From an uncultured bacterium (lineage in GTDB: Bacteria > Zixibacteria > MSB-5A5 > UBA10806): a stretch of 64,000 nt of DNA. The stretch lies in the NCBI GenBank assembly GCA_965541585.1, contig CBEUCH010000003.1:1-64000 (forward strand), written 5' to 3'. The first letter of the stretch is position 1, and each line of letters starts with the position of its first letter. The translations under genes were made by a program, and so were the position numbers. Shown piece after piece: positions 8,763-19,249 of the stretch. The notes beneath the pieces were generated by a model that saw only the letters and a program-made list of their open reading frames with translations, searched no databases and had not been told where the DNA came from.

Positions 8763-9095
8763 ATGAATATTACTCAAAAAGACGTTGGCGATGTAAGCAT
8801 TATCGGTCTTCAGGGAAGACTTGATTTGACCAGTGCCGCGGAATTGAAAAGTGCCTCGCGCAATATTATCGACAGGCAAAACTGCAAATTGATCCTGAAC
8901 ATGGAAGCGGTAGAATTCATAAACAGTTCCGGTCTGGGAGCGCTGGTCTCTATTCTGAAGGATGTTCGGAGCTCACAAGGAGCGCTGAAGATTTCAAATC
9001 TTGCGCCCTATGTCAAAGAAATTTTCGATATTACTCAGCTCTCGAATATCTTCGATATCTGTGAGAACGACCAAATCGCAAAGAACAGCTTCTGA
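8763..9095 (+). CDS. STAS anti-anti-sigma factor (RsbV-like)
   Basis: GRLD..., FINSSGLGALV phosphoacceptor motif; 110 aa. Confidence 0.9.
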   Translation: MNITQKDVGDVSIIGLQGRLDLTSAAELKSASRNIIDRQNCKLILNMEAVEFINSSGLGALVSILKDVRSSQGALKISNLAPYVKEIFDITQLSNIFDICENDQIAKNSF

Positions 9096-9186
9096 TCCAG
9101 ATTATCGCCGGAAATAGATTCAGGCACTTGATGGGCGCGGTAACCGGTGTCGTTTGTTGAGTTATCGCCGCTAGTATCGGGGGAAA

Positions 9187-9792
9187 ATGAAATCGGAAAA
9201 TGCCGGAAGGAAATCTTCAGCAAGGGGAGGAAAAGATTCCGCTGTTGAAAGCTCTGTCGAAGTCATGGTTATTGACGATGATGCTTTTGTTCTCGAACTC
9301 CTGAGCGAATTCCTGACCGATAGCGGCTATGATGTTTTCACCATAGATTCCGGTGAGGCGGCGCTCGACCAGATGAAGATTGCCAGCCCGGATGTAGCTC
9401 TGGTGGATTTCAAATTGCCCGGCATGGATGGGCTGGAGACTATCCGGCGAATTAACGAGATGTCCTCAGATACCGTGACCATAATCATGACAGGATTTCC
9501 CACACTGGATTCCTCCATAATGGCTATAAAGCTGGGGGCTTCGGATTATATCTTAAAACCTTTCAAGCTCGACGAGGTCTCGCTTTCTCTGCAAAAAGCC
9601 GTTAAAGAGCGGAGAATGAAATCTGAAATGAACCAGCTGCGAGAAAAAGTCTCGCAACTCGAAAGCAGCATTTCCGAAAAAAAGGATAGCATCAAAATTC
9701 ACAAAAACGTGGGAGTTATTCCGGGTCCGCACGGCTATTCCGCCAAATATGCCAGGCCGAAAGATACCGGGAATGCAAAGCCCGGCTCCTGA
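9187..9792 (+). CDS. Response regulator receiver with C-terminal coiled coil
   Basis: VIDDD, DFKLPGMDG, MTG, YILKPF. Confidence 0.85.
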   Translation: MKSENAGRKSSARGGKDSAVESSVEVMVIDDDAFVLELLSEFLTDSGYDVFTIDSGEAALDQMKIASPDVALVDFKLPGMDGLETIRRINEMSSDTVTIIMTGFPTLDSSIMAIKLGASDYILKPFKLDEVSLSLQKAVKERRMKSEMNQLREKVSQLESSISEKKDSIKIHKNVGVIPGPHGYSAKYARPKDTGNAKPGS

Positions 9793-9892
9793 TAGAGGAT
9801 TCGGCTAAGTCCGTCTTGTTCTCTGTATCTTAGAAAATCGCTTATATTTACCGGTAGTCCGACGGTAGCGAGGTCAGAAAATCTACAATTTT

Positions 9893-11188
9893 GTGTTGAA
9901 TTTTCGGCAGGCTATGGTAAATTTCCCTGAAATGGGAAGCAAAGAGAGCGAATTAGAGAAGCTCGAGAAACTGGCCGAATCGTTCGGCAATATGGGAAGC
10001 GTCACCCAGATGATGCGTGATTCCTATTCCAGGCTCGAGTCTAAATTCGAGGATCTCCACTCTCGCCTGGCCAGGGTCAATAAACTGCTGCGGAGGTCTC
10101 TGGCTGAGCGAAACCGTCTCGCCAACTATATGAACAGCATCCTTGAAAGCCTCGATTCCGGGGTTATTGTCACCGACCGATCCGGGATTATAAATATATT
10201 TAATTCCGCTGCAGAGAGATATACAGGTATCGAGGCGCAGGTTGCTCTGGGAAAAGACTATTTCGATGTCATGGGCGAAGCTGCATCGAGGGAGGCAACA
10301 GAGATACTCCAGGGTCGGCGAAGGTCCGTCTCGGGCGAAAGGGAATTTCAGTTACCGGATGGTTCGACAATCCCGGCGGGATATTCCATTACCCGGTTGC
10401 GTCAGCATGACGATAACGAGATGGGCGGCCTGGTCGAAATTTTGTATGACCTCACGGAGATTAAGAAACTCGAGGGTAATTTAAAGAGGATCTCGACCCT
10501 TGCCGCGCTTGGCGAAATGGCGGCAACGGTAGCGCACGAAATCAGGAATCCGATCGCCGGAATTTCCGGGTTTGCCTCGCTTATGATGCGAGATTTAGAT
10601 CCCGGCGACAAGAATAGAATATCGGCGGAGAAAATAAAAAGCGGGGTGGCTTCTCTGGAGGCTATAGTTGAAAATCTTCTCGATTATACCAGGAGCGTCA
10701 GCCCTGATATTCAGAATACTGAGCCAACCAAGCTGGTGGAGGAGGCCGTTAGAGATTTCCGGGAGGAAGAGATAAAGGACAGTCATTCTATATCGGTTGA
10801 GTACGGCTCGAGAAGTTTGGTGGCGCGGCTCGATCCCTATCTATTCAAGCAAATCGTCATAAATCTCGTTAAGAACGCGGTGCAGGCACTGCCCGATGGC
10901 GGCCAAATCAGGCTGAAACTTGACAGCAGCCCATCCTCGACCCTGATTTTGAAAGTCGAAGATACCGGGCCGGGGATTCCGGACGATATTTTCGATAAGC
11001 TCTTCACGCCTTTTTTTACGACGAAGGCAAACGGCACGGGTCTCGGCCTGGCCACCGTCAAAAAACTCGTTGAGCTCCACGCGGGGCAGGTGACAGTTGC
11101 GAATATCCCTGGCGGCGGAGCAGTGTTTACGATTGAAATCCCTCATATCGAAGGAGGCCCGAATGAAGCCCAAGATACTCATCGTTGA
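9893..11188 (+). CDS. PAS sensor histidine kinase (FleS/FlgS-like); start uncertain (possibly 9932)
   Basis: AHEIRNP H-box, NLVKNA N-box, [19 protein letters not shown]. Confidence 0.9.
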   Translation: MLNFRQAMVNFPEMGSKESELEKLEKLAESFGNMGSVTQMMRDSYSRLESKFEDLHSRLARVNKLLRRSLAERNRLANYMNSILESLDSGVIVTDRSGIINIFNSAAERYTGIEAQVALGKDYFDVMGEAASREATEILQGRRRSVSGEREFQLPDGSTIPAGYSITRLRQHDDNEMGGLVEILYDLTEIKKLEGNLKRISTLAALGEMAATVAHEIRNPIAGISGFASLMMRDLDPGDKNRISAEKIKSGVASLEAIVENLLDYTRSVSPDIQNTEPTKLVEEAVRDFREEEIKDSHSISVEYGSRSLVARLDPYLFKQIVINLVKNAVQALPDGGQIRLKLDSSPSSTLILKVEDTGPGIPDDIFDKLFTPFFTTKANGTGLGLATVKKLVELHAGQVTVANIPGGGAVFTIEIPHIEGGPNEAQDTHR

Positions 11189-12521
11189 CGATGAAGCAAT
11201 TGTCCGGGATTTCATCTCGGAGGTCTTGATTCGCATGGGGCATGCTCCGCTGGCAGCCGATGGCGGAGAAAAAGCTATAAAGCATCTTGAACGCACCGAG
11301 TTTGACGTTGTAATTACCGATTTTAAGATGCCGGGCCTCACCGGCATCGATGTTCTGAGAAAAGCTCTCGAGCTTTGGCCTGATTGCCGGGTGATCATAA
11401 TTACCGCTTTCGGCACCATTGAGCATGCAGTCGACGCTATGAAGATGGGAGCGCACGATTATATCACCAAGCCGATCAGCCCCGATCATCTGGAAATGGT
11501 GGTCAGCAAGGCCCTGGAATATAAAAAGCTGAAGACCGAAAACCGCCTGTTACGAAATGAGATAATCGATAAGTTCTCGTTCGAAAATATCATCGGAAAA
11601 GCAGCCAATATGAAGGCGGTGTTCGAGCTTATCAGGAGAGCCAGCCCCTCAGACGCAACCATCTTGATTAACGGTGAATCGGGCACCGGGAAGGAGCTTG
11701 TAGCGAAGGCGATTCACTATAATTCGTCGCGCGCTAACGGCTCTTTTATAAAAATGAATTGTGCGGCTCTACCGGAGGGATTGATCGAATCGGAATTGTT
11801 CGGGCACGAGAAAGGAGCGTTTACCGGCGCTATCCGTGCCACAAGGGGTCGCTTCGAATTAGCCGATGGAGGCAGTCTGCTTCTGGACGAGATCTCTGAA
11901 ATTCCACCTGTCCTGCAAGCCAAGCTGCTCAGAGTTCTGCAGGAAAAAGAGTTTGAACGCATCGGCTCCGGCCAGACGATTAAGGTCGATGTCCGGGTTA
12001 TTGCCACATCCAACCGTGATTTGAGGGATGAGGTTGCCGGGGGGAATTTCAGAGACGATCTCTTTTACAGGCTTAACGTCATACCGATAGATATTCCGCC
12101 CTTAAGGCAAAGGCTCGAGGATATACCCCTTCTGTGCAACTATTTCCTGGACAATCTCTGCCTGAAATCCGGTGTCCCCATTAAGATATTATCCGAGAAG
12201 GTGATGCAGATATTCATGTCTTATTCTTGGCCGGGCAATGTAAGGGAACTTGAGAATCTGCTGGAGCGGGCAGTCGTAATATCCAAGAATCAGGAATTAA
12301 AACCGGTGGATTTTCCGCCCGAGATCACATCCGGCATAGCCGCCATCCCGTCCGGCACGATGGATGTGGGTATGAGTGTTAACGAGGCCGAGAAGATCCT
12401 GATTCTGAAAACCTTAAAGGCTCATGCGGGCAATAAAACGAGGGCGGCTGAGGTTCTGGAGATTTCAACTAGAACATTGCGCAATAAACTCCATGAATAC
12501 GGCTATACCGATAAAGGTTAA
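11163..12521 (+). CDS. Sigma54-dependent activator (REC-AAA+-HTH; FleR/FlgR-like)
   Basis: GESGTGKE, GAFTGA, LLLDE, WPGNVREL, Fis-type HTH; start [11 protein letters not shown]. Confidence 0.92.
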   Translation: MKPKILIVDDEAIVRDFISEVLIRMGHAPLAADGGEKAIKHLERTEFDVVITDFKMPGLTGIDVLRKALELWPDCRVIIITAFGTIEHAVDAMKMGAHDYITKPISPDHLEMVVSKALEYKKLKTENRLLRNEIIDKFSFENIIGKAANMKAVFELIRRASPSDATILINGESGTGKELVAKAIHYNSSRANGSFIKMNCAALPEGLIESELFGHEKGAFTGAIRATRGRFELADGGSLLLDEISEIPPVLQAKLLRVLQEKEFERIGSGQTIKVDVRVIATSNRDLRDEVAGGNFRDDLFYRLNVIPIDIPPLRQRLEDIPLLCNYFLDNLCLKSGVPIKILSEKVMQIFMSYSWPGNVRELENLLERAVVISKNQELKPVDFPPEITSGIAAIPSGTMDVGMSVNEAEKILILKTLKAHAGNKTRAAEVLEISTRTLRNKLHEYGYTDKG

Positions 12522-12591
12522 TCTCGAGCCTCTGATCTCCGGCGCTTAAATCGGTATCAAATAGCCAATATCCAGCCATTATCCCCCTGAT

Positions 12592-12618
12592 TAAGGGGCT
12601 CCCTTAGTTTGCCGATAT
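12592..12618 (+). promoter_or_regulatory. Sigma28 (FliA) promoter for motAB
   Basis: TAAG-N15-GCCGATAT, about 30 nt before the motA ATG. Confidence 0.75.
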
Positions 12619-12648
12619 TTGCAAGTGAGGGAGCTTGTCTACAAGCAA

Positions 12649-13410
12649 ATGGATATTGCTACAATCGCAGGTTTAATAATCGGCATAGGAGCCGTGGCAG
12701 TTGCCTTTCTGATGGAAGGCGGCGCCATTTCTTCTATACTTCAACTGCCGGCTATGATCCTGGTGATCTTCGGTACCATAGGGGCGGCCATGGTCACCAC
12801 CTCACTTGAAACATTAAAGAATCTACCTAACCTATTGAAGATCATATTCTTCGGTAGAATTGAACAGCCCCAGAATCTAATTGTCAGAATAGTGAGAATG
12901 GCGGAGAAGGCTCGTCGCGAGGGGATTCTCGGCCTTGAGAGCGATCTGAAAGACAAGCACAATCCCTTCTTCAAGAAAGCCCTGCAATTGGTAATAGATG
13001 GCACCGAGGTTACCGTCCTGCGCTCCATCCTTGAAACAGAAATGGCTTACATCTCGGAGCGGCATACCACGGGGCAGACTTTTTTCCAGAAGCTTGGCGG
13101 TTTTTCCCCGACTCTCGGTATTATCGGAACAGTCTTGGGCCTTATCAACGCCTTGAGCAATACCGAGGATGTCTCCTCCATGGCGATCCACATAGCCTCG
13201 GCCTTCATCGCAACGTTGTGGGGAATATCTCTGGCCAATCTTCTCTATCTGCCCATCAGCGATAAACTGAGATACCGCAATCGGGAGGAGATGCAAGGCC
13301 TTGAACTCATAATCGAGGGACTGATCTCCATCCAGTCGGGCGAGAATCCCCGGGTGATAAGAATTAAACTCTTGTCTTTCATCACACCCAGAGATCGCGG
13401 AGGTGAATAA
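12649..13410 (+). CDS. motA: Flagellar stator MotA
   Basis: MDIATIAG..., ARREGILGLE, PTLGIIGTVLGLI, ATLWG, GENP. Confidence 0.95.
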   Translation: MDIATIAGLIIGIGAVAVAFLMEGGAISSILQLPAMILVIFGTIGAAMVTTSLETLKNLPNLLKIIFFGRIEQPQNLIVRIVRMAEKARREGILGLESDLKDKHNPFFKKALQLVIDGTEVTVLRSILETEMAYISERHTTGQTFFQKLGGFSPTLGIIGTVLGLINALSNTEDVSSMAIHIASAFIATLWGISLANLLYLPISDKLRYRNREEMQGLELIIEGLISIQSGENPRVIRIKLLSFITPRDRGGE

Positions 13411-14229
13411 TTGGCCCGCAACTCTGAAAGAAATCCCGAACGGGAAAATCTGGAGCGCTGGCTGCTTACTTATGCTGATCTGATCACTCTGCTTCTGGCA
13501 TTTTTCATAGTACTGTATTCCATGTCAAAGGTCGACATAGAGAAATTCCATGAAGTCACCGTGGCGCTTCATTGCGTCCTTCAGGGCAAGAAACTCCCTT
13601 CCTTGCCACCCGGTTCGCGATTCGTTTATGATGAATCAGGCAATAGCAACCTCAAATTGGGAGATTTGGTGACGCTCAAGCGTGAGATTGAGACAAAATT
13701 GGAAGAACTGGGATTTTCAGATAATATAAGGGCAACTCTTGATCGACGCGGCCTGATCATCCGCGTATCGGAATCCGCTTTTTTCGATCTGGGATCCGCC
13801 GACCTGAGAATGGAGGCCACGGGTATCCTCGACCTGATAGCGGAATTTCTTCTTAGAATCCCGAACCATGTACGTATCGAGGGGCACACCGATAACCTGC
13901 CCATAAAGACCAGCAAACATCCATCGAATTGGGAACTATCCGTAAATCGCGCCACCATCTGTGTCCGTTATCTTATAGTCAAGCATAAGTTTCCTCCTGC
14001 ACGGATATCAGCATTGGGATATGGTGAATACCGTCCAATTGCCGGCAATGAAACCCCCGATAGCCGTATCAAAAACCGCAGGGTGGATATAATAGTCTTG
14101 AGCTGGGAGGAAAAACGTAAAGAACCTCCAGCCGAAACAGAAGATATTTCACAAACAGTGGAAAAAAATTCCTCCCTCGGGGATGAAATAATTGCCGATG
14201 TCAATCGAGTCGAGTTTCTAACCGACTGA
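13411..14229 (+). CDS. motB: Flagellar stator MotB
   Basis: WLLTYADLITLLLAFF; OmpA-like EGHTDN..NWELS..RA..NRRV. Confidence 0.95.
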   Translation: MARNSERNPERENLERWLLTYADLITLLLAFFIVLYSMSKVDIEKFHEVTVALHCVLQGKKLPSLPPGSRFVYDESGNSNLKLGDLVTLKREIETKLEELGFSDNIRATLDRRGLIIRVSESAFFDLGSADLRMEATGILDLIAEFLLRIPNHVRIEGHTDNLPIKTSKHPSNWELSVNRATICVRYLIVKHKFPPARISALGYGEYRPIAGNETPDSRIKNRRVDIIVLSWEEKRKEPPAETEDISQTVEKNSSLGDEIIADVNRVEFLTD

Positions 14230-14269
14230 ATCTAAAGATATTAGACAGTTATATTTCACGGATCGGCTG

Positions 14270-14285
14270 TGGCATACTCTTTGCT
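14270..14285 (+). promoter_or_regulatory. Sigma54 -24/-12 promoter for flgB operon
   Basis: TGGCATACTCTTTGCT with canonical GG-to-GC spacing. Confidence 0.8.
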
Positions 14286-14389
14286 CAATGCAGGTCAGGC
14301 AGGGTTTTTAGGTTTGGTTTTATGGCAGGAATTGAGGACCAAGAATTTCACAAAAGAAAAGTCACATCTGTCCGCCCGAGCAATAGCAT

Positions 14390-14806
14390 ATGCTGATTAA
14401 GGGAAAACTATTCGATAAGGCGGGAATCCCGCTCTACGAGAAACTTTTAAGGGTTGCTTCGTCAGCACAAAAGGCCACGGCATCTAATATCGCCAATGTC
14501 GCCACGCCGGGGTATAAGACTAAATCCGTTGATTTTAAAAGCGAGATGAAAAGACTCCTGAATCAAAAATCATCCGTTCCCCCGGCAACTACGGACTTCA
14601 GGCATATTGCCACGGGGATTTCCCGCGACGTTGTTAGAATAAAGGAGATTCAAGACGACAATCAAGCATCGGGTGTCAATAATGTCGACATAGAACGGGA
14701 AATGATGAATCTATCAGAGAATGAACTAATCTATAAATTCGGCGCCGGCAAGCTGGCCAGGACCTTCGGATTGCTGAAAATGGCTATCAGGGGCAGGGCA
14801 CAATGA
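14390..14806 (+). CDS. flgB: Basal-body rod FlgB
   Basis: SNIANVATPGYK..VDF; NNVDIEREM. Confidence 0.92.
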   Translation: MLIKGKLFDKAGIPLYEKLLRVASSAQKATASNIANVATPGYKTKSVDFKSEMKRLLNQKSSVPPATTDFRHIATGISRDVVRIKEIQDDNQASGVNNVDIEREMMNLSENELIYKFGAGKLARTFGLLKMAIRGRAQ

Positions 14807-15297
14807 GCGGCGTTTTCGGCATTTTTCAGATAAGCGGATCGGGCCTTTCGGCGCAACGAAAGAAGCTTAACGCTGTAGCACAGAATATTGCCAACGTGGA
14901 GACTACCCGCACGCCGGAGGGTGGCCCTTATCGTCGCAAGCATGTAGTTTTTACCGAAGATAGGGCAGGGGGTGGTTTTTCATCTACTCTGAATCGAGCC
15001 GTGACGCGGCTGGCGCGTACCGACAGCAAACATATCGGAAGCTCCGGAGCGGTTTCCTCGCGGAGAAACAATAATCCGGCGGTGCAATCTCAGGAGATAG
15101 AGATCGAGCCGGAATCGTTTAAAATGGTGTATGATCCTACTCACCCCGACGCCGATGAGAACGGTTATGTGGCTATGCCTGATATCAACATAATAGCCGA
15201 GATGGTCGAGATGATGGCCGCCTCGCGGGCCTATGAGGCCAATATCTCAATCGCCCGGGCGGCCAAATCGATGTTCAAAGAGGCGCTCAATATTTAG
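14803..15297 (+). CDS. flgC: Basal-body rod FlgC
   Basis: NIANVETTRTPEGGPYRRK; YDPTHPDADENGYV; SRAYEAN. Confidence 0.95.
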   Translation: MSGVFGIFQISGSGLSAQRKKLNAVAQNIANVETTRTPEGGPYRRKHVVFTEDRAGGGFSSTLNRAVTRLARTDSKHIGSSGAVSSRRNNNPAVQSQEIEIEPESFKMVYDPTHPDADENGYVAMPDINIIAEMVEMMAASRAYEANISIARAAKSMFKEALNI

Positions 15298-15307
15298 AGG
15301 ATAGGTT

Positions 15308-15595
15308 ATGAAAATCAATCTTGTTTCAGAAGCCACGTATTACCCGGCCAGGGTAGTACAAAAGCCGGAGACCAACGCAGGGCAACCGGTTGACCGCAAA
15401 ACACAATCCCCGGAATCCAGCAGCTTCGAAAAACTGCTTCTGGGAAAACTGAGTCCCGACGAAGCCGCCTCAATAAATAAGCTTTTCGGTGATTTCAAGG
15501 TCAATTCAGCAGAGGAGTCAAAGCCTGGCGGCTTGAATTCCAGCGATAAGGCGGGATCCGTCCTCCGCGGCAAATTTGTCGATATTACAATCTGA
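15308..15595 (+). CDS. Small hypothetical flagellar-locus protein ending RGKFVDITI
   Basis: GAGG RBS; fills the flgC-fliE gap; stop overlaps the fliE start. Confidence 0.7.
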   Translation: MKINLVSEATYYPARVVQKPETNAGQPVDRKTQSPESSSFEKLLLGKLSPDEAASINKLFGDFKVNSAEESKPGGLNSSDKAGSVLRGKFVDITI

Positions 15596-15897
15596 TGACT
15601 AAGATTTTACCAGGATATTATCCATTCAATCTACCCGACTCGCGAGCGGTCAAGCTACCGGCGACGAAAGTAGAATCTGAATCTTTCGGGCAGATATTTA
15701 AGAATTTGATTTCCGAAACCAATCAGCTCCAATCGGAAGCCGGGAAAATTGCAGAGAAATTCGCACTCGGGGAGATCTCGGATTTACATGAGGTCATGAT
15801 CGCGGCGGAGAAAGCCGGTGTGGCATTCGAACTGGTGCTGGAAATTAGGAATAAGCTCATAGAGGCATATCAAGAGATGATGAGGATGCAGGTCTAA
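15595..15897 (+). CDS. fliE: Hook-basal body protein FliE
   Basis: LHEVMIAAEKA..EIRNKLIEAYQEMMRMQV. Confidence 0.95.
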   Translation: MTKILPGYYPFNLPDSRAVKLPATKVESESFGQIFKNLISETNQLQSEAGKIAEKFALGEISDLHEVMIAAEKAGVAFELVLEIRNKLIEAYQEMMRMQV

Positions 15898-15900
15898 ACC

Positions 15901-17439
15901 ATGGATTATTTATCGGATATCTTTAAGAGCCAGTTCAAACCCTGGTGGGACGATTTAAACGGCGGTGCCAGGTTAATGTATGTCGGCACAACCCTGGCGT
16001 TGCTGGTGGCGGCAATTGTCACTTTGGTTTTCATATTCAGTCCCACTTATGAAACGCTGTATGTTGGCCTTGATGCCGCGGAAGCGGGCCAGGTCGCTGA
16101 AAAGCTGAAAGAGTACAAGGTGGGCTACCGTCTGGAAAATGGCGGCACAACTATAGCCGTTCCGCGCAGCGATATATATGACGTCAGGCTTAAGCTGGCC
16201 TCCGAGGGCTTGCCCCGTTCGGGAAGCGTTGGCTACGAGATATTCGATGAATCTAATCTCGGCATGACCGAGTTCCTGCAAAAGGTAAATTACCGGCGCG
16301 CCCTGGAGGGCGAGATCGCCAGATCCATCAGCAGCATTCGAGGCGTACAATCCGCCAGGGTACATATCGTTATACCCGAATCGAGGCTATTCAGAGAAGC
16401 TCAGAAGGAGGCCACGGCATCCGTGGTGCTGTCTCTCGGTGGCGCCGGAGGAATTTCATCGAGCCAGGTTGAAGGCATCGTCTACCTGGTGTCATCGTCG
16501 GTAGAAGGATTGATGCCGGACAAAATTACGATTCTCGACTCATCCGGCCGTTTGCTTTCAAGGAAGCAATCTGGAGGCGCGCTCGGCGCTTTGTCGGCAT
16601 CCCAGCTGGACCTGCGAAAGCAGGTCGAGAGTTATCTGGAGGAAAAGGCGCTCAGTATGCTTGATCCCGTGGTCGGCTCCGGTAAGGCGGTCATCCGTAT
16701 CTCTGCCAAACTGAATTTCAAGCAGGTCGAGGAAACCATTGAGAGCTTCGATCCCGATAATCCGACGATCAGGTCCGAGGAGAGGATCACGGAGAACTCT
16801 TCCGAGGAAAATTCCAATCCCGATGATAGAGGAAAGAACATCACAAACTCTATTGAAAATGTGGTGACAAATTACGAAATCAATAGAACTGTTCAACACG
16901 TTGTAAACAGTGTGGGCAATATCGAAAAGTTATGGGTATCAATACTTGTCGACGGCGTCTATAAGGAAGTCGAAGGCGAGGAAGGTCTACAGGAGCAGTA
17001 TGCGCCTCGATCACGGGAGGAGCTAGACCAGATCGCCAGCATCGTGAAAGGCGCGGTGGGATTCGACACCCGGAGAAATGACGTGCTGGAGATCGCCAGT
17101 GCTCCTTTTACGCGGCAGGATTACGACTATTCAGAGCCCTTCTTCAACAACCAGAGAATCGACGAATGGCTTCGCATAGGTGGTAAAGTGGTCTTCCTGG
17201 CGCTTGCAGCCATAATATTCTTCAAAGCCAGAAAGAGGTTTGCGGAGTTTATGAAGCGGCAGAGCATTGAAGCCAAAAGGCGCGCCGCCCATAGAGAGAC
17301 ACAGCGGAAAAGGGAGGAGCTTATACCCAGGCTCCAGGATGAACCCCAGCTTGCCGACCATCTAAAAGAAATTGCCAAGCAAAAGCCGGACGAAATAGCC
17401 AAGGTGGTCAAAACCATGATGGCCGAGGAACCCGAATAG
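15901..17439 (+). CDS. fliF: MS-ring FliF
   Basis: GYEIFD..GMTEF, RALEGEIARSI, ARVHIVIP, ATASV. Confidence 0.95.
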   Translation: MDYLSDIFKSQFKPWWDDLNGGARLMYVGTTLALLVAAIVTLVFIFSPTYETLYVGLDAAEAGQVAEKLKEYKVGYRLENGGTTIAVPRSDIYDVRLKLASEGLPRSGSVGYEIFDESNLGMTEFLQKVNYRRALEGEIARSISSIRGVQSARVHIVIPESRLFREAQKEATASVVLSLGGAGGISSSQVEGIVYLVSSSVEGLMPDKITILDSSGRLLSRKQSGGALGALSASQLDLRKQVESYLEEKALSMLDPVVGSGKAVIRISAKLNFKQVEETIESFDPDNPTIRSEERITENSSEENSNPDDRGKNITNSIENVVTNYEINRTVQHVVNSVGNIEKLWVSILVDGVYKEVEGEEGLQEQYAPRSREELDQIASIVKGAVGFDTRRNDVLEIASAPFTRQDYDYSEPFFNNQRIDEWLRIGGKVVFLALAAIIFFKARKRFAEFMKRQSIEAKRRAAHRETQRKREELIPRLQDEPQLADHLKEIAKQKPDEIAKVVKTMMAEEPE

Positions 17440-18455
17440 TGGGTATCCAGTACGCGGATTTAACGAGCTCGCAGAAAGCGGCGATCCTGGTGGTCTCGCT
17501 CGGCCAGGATATAGCGCCGTTAGTCTTGAAGGAATTGAATGAGGCCGAGATCGAGCTCCTTACACTGGAAATTGCAAATCTGCGTGATATCCCTCCCAAT
17601 ATAGAAGAGAAAGTCTTAAACGATGCTTCCACCATTATCATGGCCAACAAATATATTTCTCAGGGTGGCGCCGATTACGCCCGGGGGCTGCTGGAAAAAG
17701 CTCTGGGGCGGGAAAAAACCAATGAGATATTGAGAAGACTTGAGGGTTCTTTAACGATGAGCGGCTTCGGCATGATTAAGAACGTAGATCCCAAACAGCT
17801 TATAAATTTCATACAGAATGAGCATCCCCAGACAATCTCGCTCATTCTTACGCAGCTGGCATCAAGTTCCGCAGCCGATATTCTCTCGGAGCTTCCATCG
17901 GAACTGCAGGCCGATGTTTCCTACAGAATCGCCACCATGGAGAAGATTTCCCCGGATGTCATTAAGGAATTGGAAGTAGTTTTAGAAAAACAGTTCGCCG
18001 ACGTCGGAGCGCGCGATCTTTCAGTATCCGGCGGAACCAAGATTATAGCCGAGATACTGAATCTAATTGAGACCTCCTCGGAGAAAGGGATAATGGAAGC
18101 CTTCGAGGCTGAAAATCCCGATCTGGCCTCCGAAATCAAGAACCTGATGTTCGTCTTTGAAGATATAATCCTGCTCGATAATCGTTCCATTCAGAGGGTG
18201 CTGAAAGAGGTCGAAACCAAGGATCTGGCTATCGCTCTCAAGGCCGCTTCAGATGACGTCAAACAGAAGGTATTCTCCAATGTGTCCGAGCGCGTGGCCA
18301 CCATGATAAAAGAAGAGATGGAGTTTATGGGCCCCATGAGACTTTCAGACGTTGAAACAACCCAGCAAAAAATAGTTGAGACGATCAGAAGGCTCCAGGA
18401 AGAAGGCCAGGTTATTATCTCGGGCCGTGGTGGGAAAGAAGAGCTTGTTGTTTAA
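17439..18455 (+). CDS. fliG: Rotor/switch FliG
   Basis: QKAAILVVSLG, EHPQT, MFVFED, MGPMRLSDVE. Confidence 0.95.
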   Translation: MGIQYADLTSSQKAAILVVSLGQDIAPLVLKELNEAEIELLTLEIANLRDIPPNIEEKVLNDASTIIMANKYISQGGADYARGLLEKALGREKTNEILRRLEGSLTMSGFGMIKNVDPKQLINFIQNEHPQTISLILTQLASSSAADILSELPSELQADVSYRIATMEKISPDVIKELEVVLEKQFADVGARDLSVSGGTKIIAEILNLIETSSEKGIMEAFEAENPDLASEIKNLMFVFEDIILLDNRSIQRVLKEVETKDLAIALKAASDDVKQKVFSNVSERVATMIKEEMEFMGPMRLSDVETTQQKIVETIRRLQEEGQVIISGRGGKEELVV

Positions 18456-19248
18456 TAAAGTGATAAAAAAAAACGCTCATGATCTTGAGACCCCGGTTCG
18501 GTTAGAGTTCGATTTACCCCGGCGCATTATTCCTGCCGACGAGGTCGTAATTGAATCACTTGAAGCCCCGGTACCCCGGGCCACTATTGTGAACGACAAG
18601 ATCAACTTGCCCAACTCCCCGGAAAGCTCTCAATTATCCGAGCGGTTGTCGACGCTCCCCGGCCGGCCGCAGGCCTTCCCTGAAGACGTCGCCCTGGTCA
18701 ATAGTCTCGTTGAGGAGAGGGTACGTGCTTTCGAGCAAAGATTTCAGGACGAAAAAGAACTTGCATACAAAGATGGTTATACTCAAGGTAAGACCAAGGG
18801 CTATCAGGAGGGAATTTCCATAACTCAACCAATCGAGAACTTGCTGAATGAAATTCATAAGGATATCAAGTCTCAGCATGAAGCTTTTACTACAAGAGCA
18901 AGTGAGACCCTGGGCAAGCTGGCCCTGGAAATCGCTCAAACCGTCATCGGCGAAGCCGTGATGAAATCATCCAGGGAGCTTTTTGAATACAACCTTAAAA
19001 GGTGTCTCGATATCCTTGCCGGTGCAGGTGCGGTTCGCATCAGGATAAACCCCGGCGAATATGAACACGCCCGCGAATATCTACGGGCCGTCAAGCCCGA
19101 GGACAGCGATAGGTTTTCATTTGAATTTGAGCCGGATCCCGCGATTACTCCCGGCGGTTGCTTTATCGAAACCTCCAGCGGAGCCATCGACGCCCGCATA
19201 GAATCCCAGTTCGAACAGATCAAAGGCAGTTTTTTACAGTTGGTGTAA
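18448..19248 (+). CDS. fliH: Export protein FliH (likely TTG start at 18448)
   Basis: GYxxGxxxGYxEG repeats; GGCFIETSSGAIDARIE; position between fliG and fliI. Confidence 0.85.
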   Translation: MFNKVIKKNAHDLETPVRLEFDLPRRIIPADEVVIESLEAPVPRATIVNDKINLPNSPESSQLSERLSTLPGRPQAFPEDVALVNSLVEERVRAFEQRFQDEKELAYKDGYTQGKTKGYQEGISITQPIENLLNEIHKDIKSQHEAFTTRASETLGKLALEIAQTVIGEAVMKSSRELFEYNLKRCLDILAGAGAVRIRINPGEYEHAREYLRAVKPEDSDRFSFEFEPDPAITPGGCFIETSSGAIDARIESQFEQIKGSFLQLV

Positions 19249-19249
19249 G

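Noticed and set aside
12619..12648. Extended TTG starts given by the ORF track for motA, the sigma54 activator (11097), fliH (18376) and flgF (52548)
   Set aside because: They overlap promoters or upstream genes; downstream starts match family N-termini.
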